Origin: Chloroflexota bacterium
GTDB lineage: Bacteria > Chloroflexota > Dormibacteria > CF-121
Direction of reading: 5' to 3'
Length of the DNA stretch: 61,383 nucleotides
NCBI GenBank assembly: GCA_005880615.1
Contig: VBID01000117.1
Coordinates: 1 to 61,383, forward strand
Shown here in pieces: positions 16,331 to 24,896 of the stretch (positions are counted from its first letter, which is position 1; every line of letters starts with the position of its first letter). Below the pieces are notes generated by a model. The model saw nothing but the letters and a program-made list of their open reading frames with translations, did not search any database and had not been told where the DNA came from. The translations under genes were made by a program, and so were the position numbers.

Positions 16331-17134
16331 GTGTTTGTCACCGCCGCCGACGGCACCCGGCTGCATTTCATCAGCGCCGGCGCGGGCGTGCCGCTGGTCC
16401 TGGTGGGAGGCAAGACGTCGACCATCGACGGCGCCTGGTGGCGACAGGTCCCGGTGCTGAGCCGCCCTTTCCGCGTCATCGCTTTTGACAATCGCGGCGC
16501 CGGTCAATCCGACAAGCCGGATGTGCCCTACACCACCCGCCTGATGGCAGAAGACGCGCTGGCGGTGCTGGCGGCCAGCGGCGAGACCTCGGCCCATTGG
16601 TTCGGCCTCTCGCTGGGCGGCATGATCCTGCAGGCGCTGGCGCTGGCCCACCCGGAGGCGGTGCGTAGCCTGATCCTGGGGGCGACCCATTGCGGTCCAC
16701 CGGCGACCCTGACTCCGCTGTCGGCGCAGGAGGCCCAACGGGTCAGCGCCAGCCCGCACAAGCGACTGGCAAACCTGTATAGCGTGGACTTTCTGCTCGC
16801 GAAGCCCAACTGGGTGACCGAGGACGCAACCCACTTCGGCAAGATGCCGTTGCACGCGATCCACCGCCAGGACCAGGCGGTCCGCCACCACGACTCCTGT
16901 CGCCGGCTCGGGGAGATCCGGGCTCCGGTCCTCATCCTGCACGGCCGGCAGGACCGCATGGTGCCGATCGACCGGGCGGAACAGCTCCACGCCGGCATCG
17001 CTGGGTCCGACCTGGTGGTGCTGGACGGCGCCGGCCACCAACTGCAGTCTGAACGGGCCGAGGAGGTCAATCGCCTGGTCATCGACTTTGTCACCCGCGT
17101 GGAAGCCCGCCGCATCGGTCACCGCCAACAGTGA
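16331..17134 (+). CDS. alpha/beta fold hydrolase
   Basis: FDNRGAGQS, GLSLGG nucleophile elbow, HGRQD, AGH; start at 16328 or 16331. Confidence 0.88.
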   Translation: MFVTAADGTRLHFISAGAGVPLVLVGGKTSTIDGAWWRQVPVLSRPFRVIAFDNRGAGQSDKPDVPYTTRLMAEDALAVLAASGETSAHWFGLSLGGMILQALALAHPEAVRSLILGATHCGPPATLTPLSAQEAQRVSASPHKRLANLYSVDFLLAKPNWVTEDATHFGKMPLHAIHRQDQAVRHHDSCRRLGEIRAPVLILHGRQDRMVPIDRAEQLHAGIAGSDLVVLDGAGHQLQSERAEEVNRLVIDFVTRVEARRIGHRQQ

Positions 17135-17201
17135 GGTGGTGCGCGCGAGGTCCGTGAGGCGTTCGCTCCGGTGGCTCGCGCTGGAGCCAGACGGAATACC
17201 T

Positions 17202-17232
17202 CCACCCCTACCCTCTCCGCAAGGGGGAGGGG
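17202..17232. repeat. REP-like CCCTACC...GGGGAGGGG palindrome, copy 2
   Basis: CCCCTACCCTCTCCGCAAGGGGGAGGGG between convergent genes. Confidence 0.55.
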
Positions 17233-17248
17233 GATTCGGCTACCGGAA

Positions 17249-18217
17249 CTAGGCGGCCGCCCACTGAACGCGGTCGTCCGCATTCATCCGTTTGATCAGC
17301 CGGCCGTCCTGGGCCAGCGACTGGCAATGGGCCAGGGTTTCCTGGAGCGCAAGGCGCTGATGGAAGACACCGCGCTGGGCCAGACCGGGAAAGAGTCCCG
17401 CAGCCAGCTCCCACCCGGTCTGCGGCGCGGCCGCCAGGCGCAGCAAGGCGGCCAGGCGCTCCTGGTGGTGCTGGAGGATCTGGCTGACCCGTTCGCGCGG
17501 CTCCCGAAAGCTGGGGCCGTGAGCCGGCAGCACTTCGTCAATGGCCAGGGCCGCCACCCGCCGCAGTGACGCCAGGTAATCGTCCAGCGGATCGGCGCTG
17601 GACTGCGGATGGAGCCCGATGTTGGGGCTGATCTTGAGCAGCAGATGATCTCCCGAAAAGAGCAGCTTGCGGGCCGGCCAGTAGAAAGCGCAGTGTCCCG
17701 GTGAGTGGCCGGGCGTCCAGACCACAACCAGGTCGTCGCCGTTCACCGCCAGCCGCTCGGCACCCTCCAGCAAGACGTCGGGGCTGACCACAGACACGAA
17801 CTCGCGGGCCGCCATGGAGGCGGTCTGCAGGAAATCGCGCTCCTCGGCCGGGACGCCGTTGACTTCCAGCCAGCGCGCAACTTCGCGCACCAGGTCTTCC
17901 GCCCTCGCGTAGCGGGGCTCCATCAGCGCCACCTCGAGGCGGTGGATGACGAGCTCAGCCCCGGTGCGCTCGCGCAACTCCCGCGCCAGGCCGAAGTGAT
18001 CGGGATGGATATGCGTGATCAGGATGCGGCGGATCTGCCGCAGCTCGACGTGCGCCGCCTGCAGTCCGGCGTGCAGCGCAGCGCGCGACTCATCGGTCCG
18101 CAGCCCGGTGTCGATCAACGTGTACCCCTCGCCGTCGCGAAGAAGATAGACGTTCACGTGCCGCAGCTCGAAGGGCATGGGCAGCTGAAACTGGAAGATG
18201 CCGGGCAAGATCTCCAC
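17249..18217 (-). CDS. MBL-fold metallo-hydrolase
   Basis: THIHPDH, TPGHSPGH, SGDH and PAHG motifs. Confidence 0.92.
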   Translation of the reverse strand: MEILPGIFQFQLPMPFELRHVNVYLLRDGEGYTLIDTGLRTDESRAALHAGLQAAHVELRQIRRILITHIHPDHFGLARELRERTGAELVIHRLEVALMEPRYARAEDLVREVARWLEVNGVPAEERDFLQTASMAAREFVSVVSPDVLLEGAERLAVNGDDLVVVWTPGHSPGHCAFYWPARKLLFSGDHLLLKISPNIGLHPQSSADPLDDYLASLRRVAALAIDEVLPAHGPSFREPRERVSQILQHHQERLAALLRLAAAPQTGWELAAGLFPGLAQRGVFHQRLALQETLAHCQSLAQDGRLIKRMNADDRVQWAAA

Positions 18218-18264
18218 GCGAGAAGTATGAATATCCGGCTGGCCGGATTAAGGGGTCAGGCGGC

Positions 18265-19530
18265 TCACGCGGCCGTGCGGGCGGTGGCTTCGTCCGGACG
18301 GGCGGGGATAGGCTTCTGTCCCTCTTCCAGGGTGGGCAGTGGGAGATGGACCGTGTCGTGGTCGATCATGTCCACGAAGACCTCGACCACTTTGGGGTCA
18401 AAGTGTGTGCCGCTGCCGACCCTGATCTCCTCCATAGCCTTCGCCAGGCCGAGCGAAGGCCGGTAGATACGGTCCGCCACCATCGCCTCGAAGGCATCGG
18501 CGACCGAAATGATGCGAGAGCCGAGCGGGATGGCGTCGCCCTTGAGCCCATTGGGGTAGCCGGAGCCGTCCCATTTCTCATGGTGGTGCCGGATCAGCGG
18601 GGCCACGTGGTGCAAGCCTTCCACCGGCGCGATGATGTCGGCGCCGATCTGGGGATGACGCCGCATCCAGGCCATCTCATCTTCCGTGAGCGCCATCGAC
18701 TGCCGGAGGATCCGATCGGGGATGCCGATCTTGCCCACGTCGTGGAGGATGGCTCCCAGCTTGATGGCCCCCACCTCATCCGGGGTGAGGCCCATCCGGG
18801 CGGCGCAGGCCCCGGCGAGCTTGGCCAGCCGTTCGGAGTGGCCGCGGGTATAGCTGTCCTTGGCTTCGATGGCGTTGGCCAAAGCCATGTTGACCTCGGT
18901 CATCAGTTTGGCTTCCAGGTCCCGCCGCACCACGACCTCGCGATGCTGGCCCAGGGCGCGAGCCATCACGGCACCCACCACGGCCACCACGACGAAGAGG
19001 AACAGCTTCTGCAGAATGACCACCCGCTCGCTGGCGACAGTTGCGAAATAACTCCCCTCCTGCAGCGGCGCCACCGCGCCGGCCACCAGGTAGAGGACGC
19101 CGACGATGAGCGCGCAGAGCAGGGACACCGCCACCCCGAAGCGGAGGGCCGACACCGTGATCACCAGGAAGAATGTGCTGGCCAGCGGACTCACGTAGCC
19201 GCCCGACAAGTAGGTGACCATGGTCGCCACCAGCAAGTCGACCCCAGTCGTGACATAGCCAAACAGGCGGCCCGGGCGGTGGCGCAGGAAGAGGACACCC
19301 AGACTGGTCAGGCAGACCACGCCCCACATCGCCAGGATGGCATTGATCCGGCCTTGCGCCTGGCTGCTGACCTGATTGTTCAGGTTGTTAAGGATCACGG
19401 CGAAGATCAGCAGGGTCCACCGAAACAGCCCCGTCAGACGTTCGTTGCTGGCGGTGATCAGGCTCTCGTTGGGGTCCTTGACCAGGGGACGTAATTTACG
19501 CGGCAAACCGCGGACGGCGGGCACGCCCAA
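18265..19530 (-). CDS. membrane-bound HD-GYP domain c-di-nucleotide phosphodiesterase
   Basis: 5-6 TM helices, then YTRGHSER, LHDVGK, HHHEKWDGSGYP, ADAFEAM; start uncertain. Confidence 0.88.
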   Translation of the reverse strand: MGVPAVRGLPRKLRPLVKDPNESLITASNERLTGLFRWTLLIFAVILNNLNNQVSSQAQGRINAILAMWGVVCLTSLGVLFLRHRPGRLFGYVTTGVDLLVATMVTYLSGGYVSPLASTFFLVITVSALRFGVAVSLLCALIVGVLYLVAGAVAPLQEGSYFATVASERVVILQKLFLFVVVAVVGAVMARALGQHREVVVRRDLEAKLMTEVNMALANAIEAKDSYTRGHSERLAKLAGACAARMGLTPDEVGAIKLGAILHDVGKIGIPDRILRQSMALTEDEMAWMRRHPQIGADIIAPVEGLHHVAPLIRHHHEKWDGSGYPNGLKGDAIPLGSRIISVADAFEAMVADRIYRPSLGLAKAMEEIRVGSGTHFDPKVVEVFVDMIDHDTVHLPLPTLEEGQKPIPARPDEATARTAA

Positions 19531-19616
19531 ATTATGTGGGAGCCCTGTGACGGGAACCGTTACAAAACGGTCGCACCCCTGCCACAGGCCGTCAAGGCTT
19601 CACGAAATACTCCGAA

Positions 19617-20285
19617 TCACGGTGGGAGCGTGAGGCCGAGAAACTGCGACAGGAGGCCCTTGGGATCCTGAAACTGCCGGAAGGCCTCATCGGCCGCGGC
19701 CAGCGCCATGTCGACCTGGTCGTACGCGGCGCGCAGGGGCGGCACCAACCCCGTGGTGGTTACCTGGGCGCGTTCGTGGTGAGCCAGCAGCAACTGCTGT
19801 CCAATGGTGACGGCCGCGGCCGCGTAGCGTTGGGCCAGGGCGTCGGCGTCGTGGGCGAGGGCGGCCAGGTCGGCCGGGGTCAGGGTCCGACCGGCATAGG
19901 ATTGCCGGAGGGTGAACACCCCCTCGGCGATCTGCTCGGCCGCCGACCCGGCCTGCGCCATGTCATCACCAATCGCCGCCAGGTGGATCACTGCGGCGAC
20001 CTGTTCCTGGCTGGCCGATACGCGGGCCCCGGCCATGAGAGCTGGATCGGTCCGCAACCGGACGGATCCACGCTGGAAGTCGGCATCCGCGGCCTCCAGC
20101 TCGGTGGCGGCGGTGCGTAATGTCGCCAGGTCTCCGGTCTTCACGGCCGCGTCCAGGTCGGCCTGACCAGCGATCAGATGGTCTCGACCGCCGCCGAGGT
20201 CCTGGTAGACGCGGACCCCGGCGTACACGGTATAGCCGGCCGCGGTCAGCCCCGCGAGTAGCAGCACGGCGATCAGGCGGAGCAC
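19617..20285 (-). CDS. hypothetical membrane-anchored helical protein
   Basis: N-terminal TM/signal segment, Ala-rich helices; GATACT 6 nt before GTG at 20285. Confidence 0.65.
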   Translation of the reverse strand: MLRLIAVLLLAGLTAAGYTVYAGVRVYQDLGGGRDHLIAGQADLDAAVKTGDLATLRTAATELEAADADFQRGSVRLRTDPALMAGARVSASQEQVAAVIHLAAIGDDMAQAGSAAEQIAEGVFTLRQSYAGRTLTPADLAALAHDADALAQRYAAAAVTIGQQLLLAHHERAQVTTTGLVPPLRAAYDQVDMALAAADEAFRQFQDPKGLLSQFLGLTLPP

Positions 20286-20314
20286 CCGGACAGTATCCGG
20301 GATCCGGAGCAATG

Positions 20315-20341
20315 AAAAGGCGGGCGCGTCACGCGCCCGCC
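20315..20341 (-). terminator. intrinsic terminator downstream of the GlsB/YeaQ gene
   Basis: GGCGGGCGCG-TCA-CGCGCCCGCC stem followed by TTTT on the minus strand. Confidence 0.7.
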
Positions 20342-20370
20342 CTCACGGAAAGAGGTCCGGATTCAGCCGG

Positions 20371-20619
20371 CTAGACGCGTTTGGGGGCGACCAGACGGAT
20401 GACCCAGAGAAGGACGATGGCCCCAACAAAGGCGGCGATCAGCTGCCAGATCAGTCCGCCACCGCCAACCCCAATGAGTGAGAAGAGAAATCCGCCCACG
20501 AAGGCTCCGATGACACCGACGATGATGTCCCCCAGGATCCCGTAGCCGTGGCCGCTGACGACCCGACCAGCGAGTGCTCCCGCGATCAGACCGATCAGGA
20601 TGAAGAGCAGAATTCCCAT
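20371..20619 (-). CDS. GlsB/YeaQ/YmgE family membrane protein
   Basis: GLIAGALA..G.G..GDIIVGVIGAFVGG pattern; SD GGAGG. Confidence 0.9.
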   Translation of the reverse strand: MGILLFILIGLIAGALAGRVVSGHGYGILGDIIVGVIGAFVGGFLFSLIGVGGGGLIWQLIAAFVGAIVLLWVIRLVAPKRV

Positions 20620-20757
20620 TCAATTTCCTCCGTTCTCGCCCACATCCGGGCAATCTGACGTGTCTTTACCTCTTGTACCCCGTTCCAGGCAAACATGTCA
20701 ATAGAGCTATCAGGATACATGTATCTGGCCGAACGGAGTGCGCCCGATTGGGGCTTA

Positions 20758-20771
20758 GCTCAGATTCTGGC
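20758..20771. repeat. degenerate 14-bp end remnant of the MITE family
   Basis: TTA|GCTCAGATTCTGGC|TTA; the right TTA is the stop codon of the PIG-L gene. Confidence 0.5.
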
Positions 20772-21581
20772 TTAGCTCGCCTGGCGCTCGACTGGGGCGC
20801 CCGACGCCCGGCCGGCCAGGAGGTCGCGTTCGATCACCCCGGTGATCCAGGGATGGGGGAAGCCCCGGGCGAAGAACTCCTGCCCCCACAGGTCCGCCAG
20901 CAGCGCCGGATCGATGCCGTCGAAGGCGGGATCGAGTTGCGAAGCGTGCGCCCTGATGGCCTCCAGCTTGCGTCCGAGGCTGGCCCGCACATCGATGATG
21001 GTGCTCACCCCGGCGGCACTCTCGATCGTGCCCCGCACCCCCGGAATGGCGCTGGTTGGGACGCCGCCGGTCTCGAGCACCCGCAGAGCCCGTCCGGCAT
21101 GCGGCTCCGGCCAGAGGGCGAAGTAGAGCTTGTCCGGTCCGGAGAATCCATCGCCCGCCAGCGTGCGGGCGGTGAAGAAGGCGCCGGACGCGGCCGCGTG
21201 GACCGCTCGGTGGTCGGAGTCCCCGTTGAGCCCGTCGCGACCGAAGGTCACCACCACCTCCGGCTCGACGGCGCGAATCAGGTCGGTGAAGAGGTCCTCC
21301 AGGAGCTCCGGGTCCAGGCTGGCGAGAGCGCCGTCCGCGTAGTCGAGCGACACCACGTCGCGCACCCCGAGGATCCGCCCAGCGGCCTGGAACTCCCGGG
21401 TTCGAATGACTCCCAGCTCATCGCTGGCGGCCATCCCACGCAGGACAGGGGCCGCCTCACCCCGGGTGGCCGACACCGCGATGACCTCGCAGCCCGCCCC
21501 CGCGTATCGGGCCAGCGTACCGCCGGTCAGGAGGCTGGCGTCCCTGGGATGGGCGAACAGGGCAAGCAGCCGGACCGGCAC
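20772..21581 (-). CDS. PIG-L/LmbE family deacetylase-like protein with degenerate metal motifs
   Basis: FAHPRDA (canonical AHPDDE), ATRGE, DSDH (canonical HPDH), KLEAIRAHASQ. Confidence 0.85.
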   Translation of the reverse strand: MPVRLLALFAHPRDASLLTGGTLARYAGAGCEVIAVSATRGEAAPVLRGMAASDELGVIRTREFQAAGRILGVRDVVSLDYADGALASLDPELLEDLFTDLIRAVEPEVVVTFGRDGLNGDSDHRAVHAAASGAFFTARTLAGDGFSGPDKLYFALWPEPHAGRALRVLETGGVPTSAIPGVRGTIESAAGVSTIIDVRASLGRKLEAIRAHASQLDPAFDGIDPALLADLWGQEFFARGFPHPWITGVIERDLLAGRASGAPVERQAS

Positions 21582-21635
21582 AAGCTGGATAACCGGGAAG
21601 CGCGCGGAAACTTTCGAGCGGGGTTCTACCGGGCT

Positions 21636-22172
21636 TTAAGCGATGGCTCGGGAGCTGGAGAGGAGCCGGTCGTAGGCCCGCTTCAGCTCCGGGTAGCGCA
21701 GGAAGATCAGGTGGGCAAACTCCTGGGTCAAGGCGCGCGGCGAGCGGACCAGGCGCATCCCCGCCTCGCTCAACAGCCGGTTCCCTTTTCGTCCGTTGCA
21801 ACGGCGGCAGGCAATCACCTGGTTTTCCCAGCTGCGACTAGAGCCACCGCGCGAGGTGGGGACCACGTGGTCGACAGAGAGTTGGGAGGAGGGCATGGTC
21901 TTGCCGCAGTACTGGCAGGTGTTGTCGTCCCGCAGGAGCAGGTTTCGCCGGTTGGCCCGCAGCATCCGGCGCGGGATCTGGATGTTGGTCAGCAGGCGGA
22001 CGATCACGACGTCCTCACCCAGGCAGCGGCGCGCCATCGCCTCTTCCACCAGCTGCCGGGCCAGGTCGTCCACAAACGTGACCCGCTGCTTGGTCAGCAG
22101 GATAACCAGGCGCCGCTTGCTAATGACGTTCAGCGGCTGAAGTGAGGCGTTCAGCAGCAGGACGAGTTTAAA
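21636..22172 (-). CDS. HNH endonuclease (no canonical start codon for the conserved N-terminus)
   Basis: RDDNTCQYCG, VDHVVP.SRGG..SWEN...CRRCN..KG; frame extends upstream through KLVLLLNASLQPLNVIS to an AAGGAGGT SD. Confidence 0.85.
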   Translation of the reverse strand, partial: FKLVLLLNASLQPLNVISKRRLVILLTKQRVTFVDDLARQLVEEAMARRCLGEDVVIVRLLTNIQIPRRMLRANRRNLLLRDDNTCQYCGKTMPSSQLSVDHVVPTSRGGSSRSWENQVIACRRCNGRKGNRLLSEAGMRLVRSPRALTQEFAHLIFLRYPELKRAYDRLLSSSRAIA

Positions 22173-22304
22173 CGACCTCCTTTTGCCGGTCCTGCGCCTT
22201 CCGGGAGCAGGGGCGGACGGTTACCTAATATAACGAAACCGTTCCGGCAAGTTTGGCAGGCCCGCTAGATTCGGGCCAGAGCCCGGCGGATTTCGGGCTT
22301 AGGC

Positions 22305-23441
22305 TTAGCTGGCGGCCGCCACCCGCTGGTCGATCGGCACGTAGGGAACCTTGCGCTCGCCCACGTACTCCGCCCGGGGCCGGATCAGCCGGTTATCGGC
22401 ATATTGCTCGAGGACATGGGCGGCCCAGCCAGCAATCCGGCTGACGGCAAACACCGGCGTGAACAGGTCGATGGGGATACCCATCGAGTAGTAGCAGGTG
22501 GCCGAGTAGAAGTCGACGTTGGCGTAGAGGTGCTTTTGCTGCATGACCACCTCTTCCAGCCGGCGGGAGATCTCGTACCAGCGCGTGTCGCCGGCACGCT
22601 CGCCCAGCTCTTTCGACATCTGCCGCAGGTGGGTGGCGCGCGGGTCCTCGGTTCGGTAGACGCGGTGGCCGAAGCCCGGGATCTTCTTGTGGGCCGCCAG
22701 CGTTTCCATCACATAGGCGTCGGCGCGATTCACCTCACCGATTGTCTTCAGCATCTTCATCACCTGCTCATTGGCGCCGCCGTGCAGGGGCCCGGTCAGG
22801 GCGCAAATGGCCGACACGACCGCCGCGTACAGATCGGCCAGCGTGGCCGCCGTGACTCGGGCAGCGAAGGTGGACGCGTTGAGCTCGTGATCGGCGTGCA
22901 GGATGAGCGCCAGGTCCATGGCATGCACCATTAGGGGGTCCTGCTCTTTGCCAAAGAGCATCCGCAGGAAGTTCGCTGCATGGCTGCCGGCGGTGGTGGG
23001 CGCGATCGGTTCGCGGCCCTTTCGGATGCTCTCCGACGCCGCCACCAGGGTGGCCAGCTGGGCGGTCAGCCGGCCGGCTTTGGCGACGTTGGCCTCCCGC
23101 GAGTTGTCCTGGGCCTGGGGATCGTAGAAGGCCAGCGCCGAGACCGCCGTGCGCAAGGCGTCCATCGGGCGGGCCGTCCGGGGAAACGCCTTCATGAGGG
23201 CGATGACCTCGTGGGGCACCTGCCGGTTCGCCGCCAGTTCGGCGCTGAAACCCTCCAGGGCGCCGCGCTCGGGGAGGTGGCCGAACCAGAGGAGATACGT
23301 GGTCTCTTCGAATGATGAATGCTGGGCCAGATCGTGGATGTCGATCCCGCGATAGGTGAGCCGGCCCTCTGATCCGATGACCTCGCACACCGCCGAGTTG
23401 GCGGCCACGACGTCCTCCAGACCAGCCTTGGTCAACGGCAT
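22305..23441 (-). CDS. gltA: citrate synthase (type I / 2-methylcitrate synthase-like subfamily)
   Basis: HADHELNAST, GPLHGGAN, GFGHRVY..DPR and NVDFY motifs. Confidence 0.92.
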   Translation of the reverse strand: MPLTKAGLEDVVAANSAVCEVIGSEGRLTYRGIDIHDLAQHSSFEETTYLLWFGHLPERGALEGFSAELAANRQVPHEVIALMKAFPRTARPMDALRTAVSALAFYDPQAQDNSREANVAKAGRLTAQLATLVAASESIRKGREPIAPTTAGSHAANFLRMLFGKEQDPLMVHAMDLALILHADHELNASTFAARVTAATLADLYAAVVSAICALTGPLHGGANEQVMKMLKTIGEVNRADAYVMETLAAHKKIPGFGHRVYRTEDPRATHLRQMSKELGERAGDTRWYEISRRLEEVVMQQKHLYANVDFYSATCYYSMGIPIDLFTPVFAVSRIAGWAAHVLEQYADNRLIRPRAEYVGERKVPYVPIDQRVAAAS

Positions 23442-23472
23442 GGCCCTAAGTATAGGAAGCGTCTGTTGGCCG

Positions 23473-24663
23473 TTACGACGTGGGCGGCAGGGCGATGTGT
23501 TGCACCAGCATCCGGTCGCCGTCGCTCACGCGCAGGTCTACCACGCCACTGTGGTCAGCCGGGTCGATGTGGATGGCAATGGAGCCCGAGGTATCGCCGG
23601 CAGCCGGCAGGCTGGCGATTACGGTTTGCAGTCCGCGGTGGCTATCAGCCAGCGAGACCGCCAGTGGCAGGGCGTAGCCGGCCGCCCGGCGGACGGAGGG
23701 ACAGATGGTCACGGTGGTGGAATCAACCCGCGTCACCGACGCCGGACCCAGCACGAATGCCCGTACCAGCTGGTCGATCCGACCCGCATCGAACTCGGTC
23801 ACAAAGAGGTTGCCGGCGCTGTCCAGCGCGATGCCCTGCGGGTTCCGCAGTCCGCTGAGGAGGCTGGTAATGGAGCCATCGGCACCCACCAGGTGGACCA
23901 TTCCATCCCCGAGGGTGTTCACGATCAACGCCCCATTTCGATCGACCAGCACGTCATCGGGAATGCGCAGGCTGGCCACCCGCATCTGGGTGCGCGGCGA
24001 GCCGGCGATCTTCCAGATGGCACCGCCCTCGTCGGCCACGAAGACGTTGCCGCGCACGTCGACATCGGCGCCCACCGGCCGGACCATCCCCTGACCGATC
24101 TGGGTCGCCCGCGAGCCATCGCTCGGCAGCCGCCAGACGACGCCGTTCGGACTATCCGGGAGAACCACGTCGTGCGTAGCTCGATCCAGACCGAGCCCAT
24201 CAATCCCGTCGCGACCGGTCCGGTTGGGGAACACCCGCCAGCTGCCCACGGTGTGGGTTTGCGGGTCGACGACGTCTACCCGATTGAGCAGCTGCTCGGC
24301 CACCAGCAGCGTGCCGTCAGCCTGGACCACGATCCCCTCCGGGTTGCGGATGCCCCTGGCCAGCGTCTGGACCGACCCGTCCGGTTCGCGCCGGGAGACG
24401 GTGCCCGCCTGGATATCGCTGAACAGGAGCCGGCCCTGGGCATCGAACGCCAGGTCATCCGGGGCGGGCAATCCGGTGAGGATGGGCTGCGCGCCGGCCG
24501 GAGCGGCTGGCCCCGCGGCGCAGGTCGGCAATGGCACCGGGGATGCGCTCGGCGCACTCGGCTCGCTCGGCGAGGGGGAGGTTCCGACGCCGATGGACGA
24601 TTGACAGGCCGTGATACCAGCCCCAACGATGATCGCGATCAGCGCGTGCGAGGGTCTTCTCAC
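23473..24663 (-). CDS. beta-propeller (SMP-30/NHL-like) lipoprotein
   Basis: Lipobox-like ITAC; repeated GL..P.G/D.A.D..G.L.V.E units; start moved to GTG 24663 because the ORF's upstream codons lie in a MITE. Confidence 0.75.
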   Translation of the reverse strand: MRRPSHALIAIIVGAGITACQSSIGVGTSPSPSEPSAPSASPVPLPTCAAGPAAPAGAQPILTGLPAPDDLAFDAQGRLLFSDIQAGTVSRREPDGSVQTLARGIRNPEGIVVQADGTLLVAEQLLNRVDVVDPQTHTVGSWRVFPNRTGRDGIDGLGLDRATHDVVLPDSPNGVVWRLPSDGSRATQIGQGMVRPVGADVDVRGNVFVADEGGAIWKIAGSPRTQMRVASLRIPDDVLVDRNGALIVNTLGDGMVHLVGADGSITSLLSGLRNPQGIALDSAGNLFVTEFDAGRIDQLVRAFVLGPASVTRVDSTTVTICPSVRRAAGYALPLAVSLADSHRGLQTVIASLPAAGDTSGSIAIHIDPADHSGVVDLRVSDGDRMLVQHIALPPTS

Positions 24664-24672
24664 CGCGCCTAA

Positions 24673-24849
24673 GCCCGAATCCACCGAGACAAACTCGCAG
24701 CTTGGGCGCGGATGCGAGCGATCCGCGCGTTGGCTCCTGCGCGCGTTCGGCCACGCATCGACGGATGCGCTTCCTCACGTGCTCGTCGCCGCCTTCGGCT
24801 CATCTCGCCCCGCATCCCAATCTGCTTCAGCCGTTCGGTGGATCCGGGC
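24673..24849 (-). mobile_element. 177-bp MITE-like element, single copy
   Basis: IRs GCCCGAATCCACCGA / TCGGTGGATCCGGGC, flanked by a TAA direct repeat; homologous to 418-1206 in reverse orientation. Confidence 0.88.
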
Positions 24850-24896
24850 TAAGGGTAGCGTTTGACCCTCTCTCCGGGCGGGACTACGATGTCGTC

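Noticed and set aside
24664-24896. N-terminal extensions of 23473-24684 and 24702-25781
   Set aside because: The extra codons come from the 177-bp element; better starts are at 24663 and 24897
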